From Eledone cirrhosa (lineage: Eukaryota), in NCBI GenBank assembly GCA_964016885.1, contig OZ024763.1, positions 30,566,001 to 30,630,000 of the forward strand: 64,000 nt of DNA, given 5' to 3'. The notes under the pieces were generated by a model. That model had not been told where the DNA came from. It worked only from the letters and a program-made list of their open reading frames with translations, and did no database searches. Position numbers and translations under genes: made by a program. Below, piece after piece: positions 13,828-26,049 of this stretch; position 1 is the stretch's first letter, and every line of letters begins with the position of its first letter.

Positions 13828-14440
13828 ATGGCCTAGTAGTAAGTGTGTTGGACTTAAGATCATAATGTTGTGAGTTCGATTCCTGGGTTGCAAGCAAAAC
13901 ACTTCATTTCACGTTGCTTCAGTATACTCAGCTGAAAGTGAGTACCAGCAATAGCTGGCGGTTTAACCCTGCAATGGACTGGTGTTCTGTCCAGGGGGGG
14001 GGGGGGGGTCTTGTACTCTCAGTCGCTTCACGCCTTGAAACCAGGATAAGTACCGGCCAAATGAGCCTTCTGGCTTAAGACAGACTTTAACCCTGCAATG
14101 GACTGGCGTCCTGTCCAGTGGGGGGGGGGGGGGGTCTTGTACTCTCAGTCGCTTCACGCCTTGAAACCAGGATAAGTACCGGCCAAATGAGCCTTCTGGC
14201 TTAAGACAGACTTTAACCCTGCAATGGACTGGCGTCTTGTCCAGGGGAAGTCTAGTACTCTCAGTTGTTTCACGCCATGAAACCAGGATAAACATGAGCC
14301 TTTTGGTTTAAGACAAGACTTTAACTCTGCGATGGATTGGTGTCCTGTCCAGGGGGAAGTCTTGTACTCTCAGTTGCTTCACGTCATGAAACTGGGATAA
14401 GCACCGGCCAAATGAACCTTCTGGCTTAAGACAGACTTTA
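13828..14440 (+). mobile_element. CORE-type SINE whose 3' segment (CCCTGCAATGGACTGG..CTGTCCAGGGG) is tandemly repeated about 4 times; minus-strand relatives at 11620-12390 and 12700-12800
   Basis: A box TGGCCTAGTAG, B box GAGTTCGATTCC; ~120-bp tail units start near 13963, 14087, 14213 and 14320. Confidence 0.75.
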
Positions 14441-14667
14441 GACTTAGAATGGTGCTACTAGTAAAAGTACATTCATGTCCCAGTGGTTAGGGTGTAGGAC
14501 TTACTATCAAGATGCTGCAGGTTCAATTCCTCGATTCCTTAATGCCAAAGAAACCAGGATAAACCTGATCAGCCTTCAGGCTTGAGAGAGACTTCAACTA
14601 GCTTTAATGGTTGTTCTAGTGAAAGCACATATATGCCCCAGTGGTTAGGGTGTAGGACTTACCTACA

Positions 14668-14970
14668 AAGTCAGAAAACAGCACAGCTCCCATGACTTTC
14701 GGAAACATTTTTTCACGCTCAGAGTTGCTGAAGCATGGAACAAACTACCTGCATCAGTTGTTAGCTGTTGAGACACTGCATCCTTTAAAACCTCCATGCT
14801 TCCTGAAATTCACCAACATTACACCTGATATCCCCCCTCCGTACACATGCACACATGTATATCATGACTCATACACTGTTCATTTTCCTAACATTTGTAC
14901 ATTATTCTATGTGCTATACATGCACCTTTGATGACTGTACACAATAATTTCATTACTATTATTATTATAA
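14668..14970 (+). mobile_element. CR1-clade LINE 3' end; UTR-only piece at 12835-12950
   Basis: Translates RKHFFTLRVAEAWNKLPASVVSC.DTASFK, the CR1 ORF2 C-terminal motif, followed by UTR and an (ATT)n tail. Confidence 0.8.
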
Positions 14971-15599
14971 TTATCAAGATGTCGTAAATTCAATTCCTGG
15001 ATTCCTTAATACCAAAGAAACCAGGACAAGAACCAGCCTGATCAGACTTCAGGCTTAAGAGAGATTTCAATTAGTTTTAACCCTTTAGCATTTACATTAT
15101 CTATATATATTTGCCTTTCATCCTTACGGGGTCGATAAAATAAAGTACCAGTAATGCACTGGGTAATTGCTGGCCTTGTGCCTAAAGTAGAAACAATTAT
15201 CTATATATACTATTGTAGTTTTGTGGTAAAGGCTTTACCTCACATAATTATCTCACATAATATCAAATCTATGAGATTTAGATGTTATTTATTTTGGGAG
15301 CAATACCTTAATGTCAGTATCAATGGCCAGTTACAGCCAGTTTGAACAGAAAGAGGTGAAAGAATTCTGGCCGGATATGACCGGTTTAAATGCTAAAGAG
15401 TTAACAGTTATGCTAGTGAAGGCACATACATTCCCCAGTGGTTAGGGTGTTAGATTACCATCAAGATGTTGTAGGTTGAATTCTTGGATTCCCTAACCCT
15501 TTAGCATTTAGACTGGCCATATCCAGCCAGAATTCTCTCACCTTTTTCTGTTCAAAGTGGCTGTAACCAGCCATACCTGGCCAGACTTCTCTCACCCAT

Positions 15600-15850
15600 C
15601 CCTTTCTCAGTCAACATAATCACCCCCTTCCTTTCCCAGTCAACCTTATCACCCCTTCCTTACTCAATCGACGTAATCACCCTTCCTTCCTCAGTCGACG
15701 TAATCACCCCTTCCTTCCTCAGTCGACGTAATCACCCCTTCCTTCCTCAGTCGACATAATCACCCCTTCCTTCCTCAGTCGACATAATCACCCCTTCCTT
15801 CCTCAGTCGACATAATCACCCCTTCCTTCCTCAGTCGACGTAATCCCCCC
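15600..15850. repeat. 28-bp minisatellite (CAGTCGAC(G/A)TAATCACCCCTTCCTTCCT), about 8-9 copies
   Basis: Direct periodicity (AGTCGAC at 15693, 15721, 15749 and onward). Confidence 0.9.
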
Positions 15851-16084
15851 TTGCCATGCCTTGCAGCATAGAGTTACACCCCTTTATGGTCTGAGTTCAA
15901 ATCCCGCTGGGGTTAACTTTTCCTTTCATCCTTACGGGGTCGATAAAATAAAGTACCAGTAATACACTGGTGTAATTGCTGGCCTTGTGCCAAAAATCGA
16001 AACAATTATTTATTAGTAGATTGTTGATATGTTTTTGTGAGTTTTGGTTTATAAGTTTCAAGTCTGTAATATTCTTGAATGTAT

Positions 16085-16510
16085 TTCCTTGGTCTTCCTC
16101 TACTGCAGCCTTCTTCCTCAGGGATTACTCGACACTACTTCACCCAGTGATCATCATCCATATGAATCACATGTCCATACCAATGCAGTCTCCTCTCATG
16201 CACACTGCCTCTGATTCCTCCGATACCCAGTTTCTAATGATAAAGCATGAATGAACTGAGGGAGGAACTGGGTATAAGAGGAATCAGATGTAGGTGCAGG
16301 AGAGGAGACTGTGTTGGTATGGACATGTGATATGCATGGATGATGATTACTGGGTGAAGAAGTGCCAAGTAATCCCAGTAGAAGAAAGACACAGTAGAGG
16401 AAGACCATGAAAATCATGGGCTGAGGTGGTGAGAGCTGATCTCAGATCGCTGAAGCTCACAGAGGAGACCAAGGAAGACCTGGATGGAAGTGGTGAAAGC
16501 TGATCTCAGA
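16085..16510. mobile_element. Two RTE fragments in inverted, head-to-head arrangement
   Basis: 16085-16235 is the diverged reverse complement of ~16265-16410. Confidence 0.75.
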
Positions 16511-16544
16511 TCTCAGCTGGGATAGATGATTGTTGCAATTTGTT

Positions 16545-18110
16545 TTGACTACGAAATTGGAAAGTAGGTTTATAAAGATTAATTTTCACTGTACTTTCAA
16601 GGTTGTCTCTGTGGTCTAGTGGTAAGATTGCTGGGGCCTAGAGTTAGGATTCAATATTGGCTAAGGTTGATGTTTACCAGCCATTTTTTAACTACCAAAT
16701 TGGAAAGTAGGTTTATAAAGGTTAATTTTCACTTGACCTTCAAGGCAGTCTCTGTGGTCTAGTGGTAAGATATGTGGGCTTGCTGGGGCCTAGGTTTAGG
16801 GTTCAATCTCTGCTAGGGTTGATATTTGGCAGCTTATGTTTTTTTAACTGCCAAAATGGAAAGTAAGTTTATAAAGATCAATTTTCAGTTAATCTTCAAG
16901 GTGGTCTCTGTGGTCTTGTGGTAAGATGTGTGGGGTTCCAGAGATCTTGATTTAGGGTTCAATCTTATCTTTGGCTGATTTTTGGCAGCCATTTCTTTTT
17001 AACTACCAAAATGGAAAGTAAGTTTATAAAGATCAATTTTCAGAGCATCTATATAGCAGTCTGTGGTCTTGTGGTAAGATGTGTGGTGTTCCAGAGATCT
17101 TGATTTAGGGTTCAATCTTATCTTTGGTTGATAATTGGCAGCCAGTTCTTTTTAACTACCAAATTGGAAAGTAAGTTTATAAAGATCAATTTTCAGAGCA
17201 TCTATATAGCAGTCTCTGTGGTCTTGTGGTAAGATGTGTGGTGTTCCAGAGATCTTGATTTAGGGTTCAATCTTATCTTTGGTTGATAATTGGCAGCCAG
17301 TTCTTTTTAACTACCAAATTGGAAAGTAAGTTTATAAAGATCAATTTTCAGAGCATCTATATAGCAGTCTCTGTGGTCTTGTGGTAAGATGTGTGGTGTT
17401 CCAGAGATCTTGATTTAGGGTTCAATCTTATCTTTGGTTGATAATTGGCAGCCATTTCTTTTTAACTACCAAATTGGAAAGTAAGTTTATAAAGATCAAT
17501 TTTCAGAGCATCTATATAGCAGTCTCTGTGGTCTAGTGGTAAGAGGTGTGGATTGCTGAGATGTTGATTTAGGATTCAATAGCTAAGGTTCATGTTGGGT
17601 TGTCATCTTTTAACTACCAAAATAGAAAGTTAAGTTTATAAAGATCAATTTTCACTTAATTTTCAAGTCAGTCCCTGTGGTCTAGTGGTAAGATATATGG
17701 GATTGTAGAGACCTAGATTTAGGGTTCGATCTTGGGTTGAATTTTTTGCAGCCATATATTTTTAACCATTAAATTGGAAAGTAGGTTTATAAGGATCAAT
17801 TTTCAGATAATTTTCGAGGCTGTCTCTGTGGTCAAGTGGTAAGATGTGAGGGGTTCCAGAGACTAACTTTTGCTAGGGTTGATGTTTGGCAGCCATTTTT
17901 TAAACTACGAAATTGGAAAGTAGGTTTATAAAGATTAATTTCAGTGCACTTTCAAGGCGGTCTAGTGGTAAGATATGTGGGATTACTGATACCTTGGTTT
18001 TGGGTTCCATCTCTGCTAGGGTTGATGTTTGGTTGCCATTTTTTTTTAATCATTAAATTGGAAAGTAGGTTTATAAAGATTAATTTTCACTGTAATTTTA
18101 AGGCAGTCAC
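16545..18110 (+). ncRNA. Tandem array (~155-bp period, 10 units plus a partial) of tRNA-like Pol III units
   Basis: Each unit has TTTATAAA ~30 nt upstream, then GTCTCTG-TGGTCT(A/T)GTGG (A box), GG(G/A)TTC(A/G)ATC-type B box (absent in unit 9) and a T-run. Unit starts 16605, 16748, 16904, 17059, 17212, 17367, 17522, 17671, 17822, ~17959. Confidence 0.7.
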
Positions 18111-18164
18111 AATTTTTTTTTCGGAAATACTTACGTATCTTAGAGGTCAGTGAAAAGTTTTTGA

Positions 18165-18410
18165 TGGTGGACAGAATAGAGAAGGCGTTTCCCCGGAGGA
18201 TGCTAAGGGAGATGCGCTGGAAGAACTATTCCAGCTCGCGAGACTCACAACTGTGGCTCGCCTGTGGTGAAAAGTAGGGGGTAGCCCTAGAGCCATAGGG
18301 CCAAGGACACCAGAAGTCTCCACTGCTAGCTACTCCACGGCAAATATATCGGAGAGCGACCATTGCTTGGAGAGTTTACTGTCCTCAGCCCGAAGTGCAA
18401 CAGAACCTAG
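18165..18410 (-). mobile_element. CRE-like non-LTR retrotransposon, restriction-like endonuclease (RLE) fragment
   Basis: Homologous to 50797-51123 (AVETSGVLG-like segment) and ends in an ISL..LRGNAF-like motif. Confidence 0.7.
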
Positions 18411-18439
18411 ATTTTTTTAAAGTGTCGATCGATGTAAGG

Positions 18440-18810
18440 GAAGCAACTAAAACTAGACGATTAAATTTACAGAGTCACGTACCCTGCCAATTCGGAGAAG
18501 TAGCGACTCACTCCAGGATTGAGAGAACACAGCAACCATACTACGGACATGTAGTTAGAATGTCTCAGAAAAGACTCGCTGGACAGATTTTACGGGCAAA
18601 ATCAACCGACAAGAGACCCAGAGGTAGACACCGAGCAAGATGGTAAAAGAAGAGATACGAACAGACAAAGCGGAATAAGAAATGAGAAAGGAAACACTGA
18701 TTATCAATGGATGTTAACGACAGCAACAGTTGACTGATAAAATGACAAGTCATTCAATCATATTGGTGGCCTCCCCACAGCCCCGGCAGACAGAATGGAA
18801 AAGGTATTTC
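18440..18810 (+). mobile_element. RTE (Expander-like) LINE 3' fragment
   Basis: RIERTQQPYYGHVVRMSQKRLAGQIL...KRPRGRHRARW. Confidence 0.75.
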
Positions 18811-20107
18811 CCCTGGATAGCATATTGACATGGAATTGAAATCACGAACTTAAAATTGTAAGCAGAATATCGCTAATTAATAAACACCACTCCCCCCATA
18901 AGAACCAAAATAGATTCTGTATAAATACTTTATTTTACATTTTTATTTATCCGAGTTTGAGTTTCCTCTATTCCAACGGTTCTCAAAGTAGAATAATAAT
19001 TGTTTCTACTTTTTGGCACAAGGTCAGCAATTACTCAGTGCATTACTGGTACTTTATTTTATCGACCCCGTAAGGATGAACGGCAAAGTTAACCTCGGCG
19101 GGATTTGAACTCAGAATGGCAAGGGCCGTATTCTATGCGTCAAAGCATGGTGTCCGACCCTCTACCGATACTGCCAATCCACCAGAATAATGGTTTCTTA
19201 TATAGGCACAAGGCCATACATTTGGTTGGGGGAGGGAAAAGTCGATTAAATCGACCCCAGTGCGTGACTGGTACTTTATTTTATCGACCTCGTAAGGATG
19301 AAAGGCAAAGTTAACCTCGGCGGGATTTGAACTCAGATCTTAAAGGGTCGTAACTCTGTGCTGCAAATCATGGCATCCGACCCGCTATCAATACTGCCAA
19401 TCCACCAGAATAATACTGATTTCTACTATAAGCACAAAGCCAGTAATTTGAGACGAGGGGAAAGTCGATTAAATCGACCCCAGTACGTTACTCCCTCCAG
19501 TGAAATTTTATTTTAAGTGGTAGCATTCCTGCGACAATTAATTTTCTTTAGACATTAAAAAACATTATGCACGACAAAAAAAAAAAATATATATATATAT
19601 ATATATATTATTAGAAATACCATACATTCAAATCCCGCCGAGGTTAACTTTGCCTTTCATCCTTACGGGGTCGATAAAATAAAGCACCAGTAATACATTG
19701 GGTAAATGCTGGCCTTGTGCTAAAAGTAGAAACAATTATAATATAAATAGGATGGGTTCGTGGTGGTGGTGGTGGGGGGGTGGTCTGTAGTAGCATTCCT
19801 GCAACAATTAATTTTCTTTAGATATTTAAAAAACATTATATATGACAAAAAAAAAGTATATTACTAGAAATCTCGTACATTACAAAATAAATTGGTTGGG
19901 TTGGGGCCCTCAACATGTAAACTAAACGACTAATTCTGGTTTTTAAAAAATTCAAGGGAGACAACCTAGAAAAATTACTGATTACCTCCCTTGTTTATCC
20001 CCCCCCTCTCTGTTATTTTTGACGTGAAAGTATGTTTGTCCAGTAAACTATCGATTCGAAAAAAAAAGGAGGTCGATAAATTAAGTACTGGGACCGATCA
20101 TAACTTT

Positions 20108-20480
20108 AAAGCTGTCCGACGGAATAACCCTCTTCTCATTCGAAGGAGGTAGATCCCTGATCTGGGACACCATATGTTGCGACACGTTCTCCGCCTCCAA
20201 CTTAGTCGCTTCGGACACAAACCCCGGCACTGCGGCCCCGCAATGCAGAGGAAAGGAAGACAAACAAGTACCAGGGATTGTCCAGCCTCTTCCTCTTCAC
20301 ACCAGGTCACCACCGTCGTCAAGACCTCAGGCGTATCTGGATCCCGTACTGCCGAGCTCCTCCGCAAGATCGGAACGTCAACAGCCCCTTCTGAGGAAGG
20401 AGCCCCGCGAGGTGGGGGTAGTTGTTGCAACGAGTGTCGCTGGCCATTGACTGTAGAAACGCTTTTGCGGTCTTGTCTGT
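20108..20480 (+). mobile_element. CRE-like RLE domain fragment
   Basis: KLSDGITLFSFEGGRSLIWDTICCDTFSASNLV...PGTAA ... VKTSGVSG ... LLQRVSLAI..RNAFAVL (degenerate RPDG..WD..T, VET.G and QR.S.A..RGNA motifs). Confidence 0.8.
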
Positions 20481-21929
20481 GGGGCACAACCCAACCACCA
20501 CCGCGCTCTAGGACCAGAGCCAATCACCTTCTTACCCCTCCCCCCATTCTTCTGTGACTCCAGAGTTCTTGCCCTTTCCTTTATTTTTCGTTTTTAAATA
20601 TCTGTAGTGTTATTATTGTTTAGTGACCGGAAACCTTAAAAAGAATAAAGTAACGATTTAGAAACAAATGATAGCGGTAGTATGAATTTTTCTCTAAAAA
20701 TGTATCAATTTGAGGAAGACCCCCCGGAAGAGAAAAAAATGCTAAAAATATATTCACACCCCCACATCATACTGTGAATAAATTGTAAAAACAAATATGA
20801 TAAAATATTTAGAAATATATATTTTATATCAAAATAAATATTACTTTATATATACGTTTGTATATATAAAGTAATATTTCACCGAACCAGGAAGAATTGT
20901 GAAAGCAGAGGGGGTGTAATTTTGACTAATCAGAATACGAGGATATATTTACTGCTTGATGTAAACACCTTCAAGGTTAGATAATTGTTGGCTACTTCCG
21001 AGGTCAAACTAATGCTGAGGATGTAGGAGGGAGTTTTGAGTAGTGTAAGGAAGAGGAAAGAGAAGGAGAGTATAATAGCCAAACAGGGAGAGAGAGAGTA
21101 AAAGCGTATTTGAGAGACATTGGGTTAGAGAGGGAGAAAAAGAAAGACTATAGACTATTAGAGATGAAATGTTCAGGTAAAGAGACAGGGAGAGAGAGAT
21201 AGAGAGAAAGGAATACGATGATATAAGAGGTGAGTCAGAGAGAAAAGCTAAAGACTATGAGAGAGGAGGAGGTGAGTAAAGAGAAAGAGAGACTTTAACA
21301 GAGAGGGAAATTAGTAAATAGAGAAGGTAAAAAGAGACTAAAAAGAAAAAGAGAGAAGCCGGCGACAGAAGGATTAAAGGATAATGAAAGATATATATTT
21401 TATTTTTTATATGTATTTAAATACAGAAAGGGTAAAAAAATGAGAGAGGGGTAATAAAGAGACGGTTTGATAAAGTAAGAGAAGAGAGAGAAAAAGATCG
21501 AGTAAGGGAGAAAGGAAGAGAAAAGGACATAAAGAGTGAGAAAGAGAGATAGAGGGGGAGTGAGAGCGTAATAGAGTCATAAAGAGAGAGAAGAAAAAGA
21601 GACATAATAAGACGAAGGGAGAACGAGAAAGAAAGATACATAAAGAAAAAAAGGGGGAGGGCACAGTGTGAGGGATGCAAATAGAGAAAGAAATATAAAC
21701 CAGACGGAGGGGGAAACGAGAGACATAGTGAGATAGAGAGGGGGATTAAATTGTAAGGGAGATAACCCCAAAATAAAAGAGACGTTGAGTGAGAGATGGT
21801 CTTGTTTAGGCATAAGGTCAGCAAATTTTTAGGGTAAACGGAAAGTCGACCTGAGTATTTAACTGGTATTTTATTGATAAATGTTTACAATTACTCGCGT
21901 TGGAGGTGAAAATGGTGTATATTTCCTAT

Positions 21930-22460
21930 TGCTAACATCCATTAGCTTGGCTGGTCACGCTTGGGGATTCAGACAGATCAGTGGGAGATGGTTGCTTCTG
22001 ACAGGACCCGTTGGAAGGAGTGTTTGAGGACTCTGTCCCCACGACCCTCTCAGGAATAAGTGGGCGAAGAAGATGATTCCCTATTGCTGGTGGTGTGTTT
22101 TGAACGAATCTGACCTTCAAAACATTGTCGGAAATTAATCGTTTTTTAGTTAATTGGAAGGGGGCAGCCGTCCTCGGAGTTTTATTACACCCGTCTCCCA
22201 ATTAACAAAAAAAAAAAACTAATTTCCAACGGGTTTGAAGGCCATTTTCGTTCAAAACAAATTAAAACCCATAGGAAAAATCATAAAATTTCCTTGACGG
22301 GTGTAATTTTAAAAATCTTCGTACACACTCCTGAGAGGGTCGTGGGGGGAAGAGTCCTCAAACACTCATTCCAGCGAGTCCTGTCAGAAGCAACCATCTC
22401 CAACTGATTCAGCTGGATTCCCATCCAAGAGAGACCAGCCAAACTCATAGATGTTATCCA
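21930..22460. repeat. Diverged long inverted repeat (arms ~21930-22158 and ~22197-22460)
   Basis: CCTGAGAGGGTCGTGGGG..AGAGTCCTCAAACACTC.TTCCA.CG.GTCCTGTCAGAAGCAACCATCTCC occurs on both strands. Confidence 0.85.
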
Positions 22461-22464
22461 ACTA

Positions 22465-23080
22465 GCTTGCTCAAGGTCTACCCCTGGGTCTCCTCCCAGC
22501 TGGTTTTGCCCGGAAAAATCTGTCCAGCGATTCTTTTCTGAGACATTCTAACCATATGTCCATAGTATTGGAGTTGTGATCTCTCAATTCAGAGAAGTAG
22601 CTGCTCTACCTGGAGTGACTCTCTGATCTCCGAGCTACAATTCTGTCCAACGATTCTTTCCTGGGACATTATAACCACATGTCCATAGTATCAGAGCTGT
22701 GATCTCTCAATTAGGAGAAGTAGCAGCTCTACCTGGAGTGACTCTCTGATCTCTGAGCTACAAATCTGTCCAGTGATTCTTTCCTGAGACATTCTAACCA
22801 CATGTCCATAGTATCAGAGCTGTGATCTCTCAATTAGGAGAAGTAGCAGCTCTACCTGGAGTGACTCTCTGATCTCTGAGCTACAAATCTGTCCAGTGAT
22901 TCTTTCCTGAGACATTCTAACCACATGTCCATAGTATCAGAGCTGTGATCTCTCAATTAGGAGAAGTAGCAGCTCTACCTGGAGTGACTCTCTGATCTCT
23001 GAGCTACAAATCTGTCCAGTGATTCTTTCCTGAGACATTCTAACCACATGTCGGTAGTATTGGAGTTGTGATCCCTCAAT
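22465..23080 (-). mobile_element. RTE fragment expanded as a ~123-bp tandem repeat (about 4.5 copies)
   Basis: Minus strand encodes IRESLQVE.LLL.IERSQL.YYGH.VRMSQ.R; periodic from 22517 to 23010. Confidence 0.85.
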
Positions 23081-24077
23081 TTTAAACATTAACCCTTTAT
23101 CTGTTGATCCCTGAAAGAATGAAAGGCGAAGCTAAGTTTGGGTGGGATTTGAACTCAGAATGTAAAGAGCCGGAACAAACACTGCAAAGCAGTTTGTCTG
23201 ACGCTGTCGTCTGCCAACCAGATAGACAGAAAGAGATAAAGGAAAGTCAGAGAGAAGGATATGCTAATAAGACAGAGGAGGTAAACAATATAAACGAGCG
23301 ATAGACATATATGTAATACGGAGTAAGTCAGACAAAGAAAGAGAGAGAGGTACAGGAGGAGAAGACGAAGGAGAAAAAGATAAAGAATATAGAAAGAGTG
23401 GGAGAAGAAAGCGAGCGATAGTAACATAAATTATTAGAGAGTGAGTCAGACAAAGAAAGAGAGAGAGGAAAAAGGTGAGGAGAATGAGAAAAAGATACAG
23501 AAAATAGAAAGAGTGGGAGAGAAAAGTGAGCGATAGTAACATAAATTATTAGAGAGTAAGTCAGACAGAGAAATAGAAGTGGGAGGGAAAAGAGTAAAAC
23601 GTAAGAGAGGGTAAGAGAGAAAAGCGAGCGATAGAGACAAACGTAATAGGTGGTATGCCAGACAATGTAGAAAGGTATATTTTTTTATATATTAAAGGGA
23701 AAGAAGTAGGAAAATACCACCTTCATTTAGACAAATACACACACATATATAATTTATAAATGTATATATGTGTATATATTCATACGTATTTATATAGAAA
23801 CAAACGAGAGGGAATTTTTTTTCTTGAGAAACCACCACCACACATATCTAAAGAAAAAATATATATAATGAAACAGTTCTAGTTCTGTAGAAACCTATAT
23901 TAAATTTAATGTTTACACTACTAATGTATTGAGTACCTTACTGTGGTTACTCAGAGAAAAACAAAACTTTATATATAAGTTTGGTTTAGGTATTGGAAGA
24001 AGAAAAAATAAATATCTGATGTGCTGTTGTTTGTTAGCGAAGAACTTAAATAATATTTGCAGGAGGTGGGGGGACAA

Positions 24078-24170
24078 AACCGGAAGTGTGTTTTCACGCT
24101 CACTCTAACTCCCACTCTACTTTCACTCCACATTCACTCGACTGAGATAAAGCTGTTGATTCAAGGGTGA
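24078..24170 (+). promoter_or_regulatory. ETS motif (CCGGAAGT) plus candidate non-coding first exon ending AAGG|gtgaaa
   Basis: Motif at 24080-24087; similar to the module at 25864-25980. Confidence 0.35.
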
Positions 24171-24324
24171 AAAAAATAATCTGTTGTACCGCCTTAACCG
24201 TTGTTTTGATTGTGTATATAAATATATAAATGTACCTGGTTTGAATACAATGGAACCAAACTCCAACTATCACTGCTTCCGTCTCTCTCATTCTTCCCAT
24301 CTCTCACTAATGTGAGCAAATTGG

Positions 24325-24965
24325 GTCCCCCGGTGCGGGACGGCCCTCACGGACAGAATAGAAAAGGTGTTTCTCAGGTGGCTGGCAAGGGAGACGTGTT
24401 GAAAGAGCAACCATTCCAGCTTGCGAGGCTCACACCTGCGGGTAGCCAACTGCGTGCCGTGGTGGTTAGTAGGGAGGTGATCCTAGGGCCAAGGACACCA
24501 GAAGTCTCCGCTGCTACAGGTAGCCTACCCCGTGCCGATAGTGGTAAGGAGGTGGCTCTAGGACCAAGGACAACAGAAGTCTCCACTGCTCCGGGTAGCC
24601 AACTCTGTGCCGATGGTGGTGAGTAGGGAGTTGGGCCAAGGGCACCAGAAGTCGCTATTGCAACAGGTAACCAACTCTGTGCCGGTAGTAGGGAGGTGGT
24701 CCTAGGGCCAAGGGCACCAGAAGTCTCTATTGCAACAGGTAACCAACTCTGTGCCGATGGTAGTGAGTAGGGATGTGGTTCCTAGGGCCAAGGACACCAG
24801 AAGTCTCCCCTGCTACGGGCTCGACTGCAAACCTGTCGAAGAGCCACCGATATTTGGAGAGTTTACCCTCCTCAGCCCGAAGTGCAGCAGAGCCTCGGTT
24901 AATCACAGACTACACCAGGTTGCCGCTGGAGAACGTGTTGCTGTTTGAATATGTGTGGGATACTC
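24325..24965 (-). mobile_element. CRE-like RLE fragment containing about 5 diverged copies of the 79-bp unit (24440-24815)
   Basis: ETSGVLGPR.TSLLTT repeated; DTYSNSNT..SGNLV..NRGSAALRAEEGKLSKYRWL. Confidence 0.85.
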
Positions 24966-25829
24966 TCGAGTCTTGAATAAACGTCCTCCATTCACCCCAC
25001 CTGCTTGTTAATTTTTTTTTAGATTTTTCCACCCGCCCACCTTCCACCTCCGCTTATTAAATTTTGCTAATATATCTCGGGGGGAAATTTTATTTTACGT
25101 GGTAGCATTCCTGCGACAGATAATTTTCTTTATACATTAAAAAACAACAACAACACATTATACATGACAAAACAAAACAAAAATACATTACTAGAAATCC
25201 CATATGTTATAAAATAAATAGGATGGGCTGGAGGTCTCAACATGTAAACTAAACGACTAATTTTGGTTTTTAAAAAATCAAAAATCAACGTAGACACCCG
25301 AGAAAAATTGCCGATTTTCTAGTCCCCCCCCCTGCTTTTTCTATCCCCTCTCTATTATTTGGAAGTCAAAAGTACACGTATTTTTCCTTACGTGGATTTT
25401 TGGGTGGGAGGAGGGGAAAGTCGATTATCGACTCAGTGCATTACTGGTACTTTATTTATCGACCCTGTAATGATGAAAGGCGAAGCTAACCTCGGCGGGA
25501 TTTGAACTCAGAACGGGGACGACCTAGAAAAATTATTGATTTCCATCCCACCCCTTCGCTTATTCCACCCCACCTCCGTTTATTCCGGCCCCTTATTACT
25601 TCTGGACCCGAGACTAGTTAATAGAAGAAGAAGAAGGTAAGAAGAAGAAAAATAAGAAGAAGAAGAAAAAGAAGGTTAGAAGAATAAGAATAAGAAGAAG
25701 AAGGTAAGAAGAAGAAAAATAATAAGAAGAAGAAGGTTAGAAGAATAAGAAGAAGAAAAAGAAGACGGTAAGAAGAAAAAAAAAGAAGGAAAATAAAAAA
25801 AGGAGAAGGGAGAGGAGGTAAAGAGAGAG

Positions 25830-25980
25830 AGGGGAGGGCGGAGCACCGGAACCAGAACCGAAATCGGAAGTCGAGCTCTCTAGCTCCTCCTTCCAACCTG
25901 TACTCACAGTCTACACTCTTACTGTACAATCATACTCGGCACTCGGCTGAGATGAAGTTCTAAACCTGATGATGGATATT
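25830..25980 (+). CDS. GC box plus ETS-led candidate first exon with a short CDS (ATG ATG GAT ATT, 25969-25980) and donor gtaaga
   Basis: GGGAGGGCGG, CCGGAA and TCGGAAGT (25864-71) in a CpG-containing unique patch; strong donor at 25981. Confidence 0.4.
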
Positions 25981-26049
25981 GTAAGAAACTTCCAATGTCT
26001 ACCTCGTCGTCTTAGTCACCCATTACCGCTGTTATTACTTCGAATTCCC

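Noticed and set aside
16545-18110. Functional tRNA gene cluster
   Set aside because: Acceptor, anticodon and T stems are imperfect in all units, so it is reported as tRNA-like only.
20934-20975. 42-nt exon-like segment (ctaatcag|...TTCAAG|gttaga)
   Set aside because: Weak polypyrimidine tract and no corroborating neighbouring exons.
21932-22201. 89-aa ORF as a host gene
   Set aside because: Lies in one arm of an inverted repeat, has no recognisable domain, and the other arm is not open.
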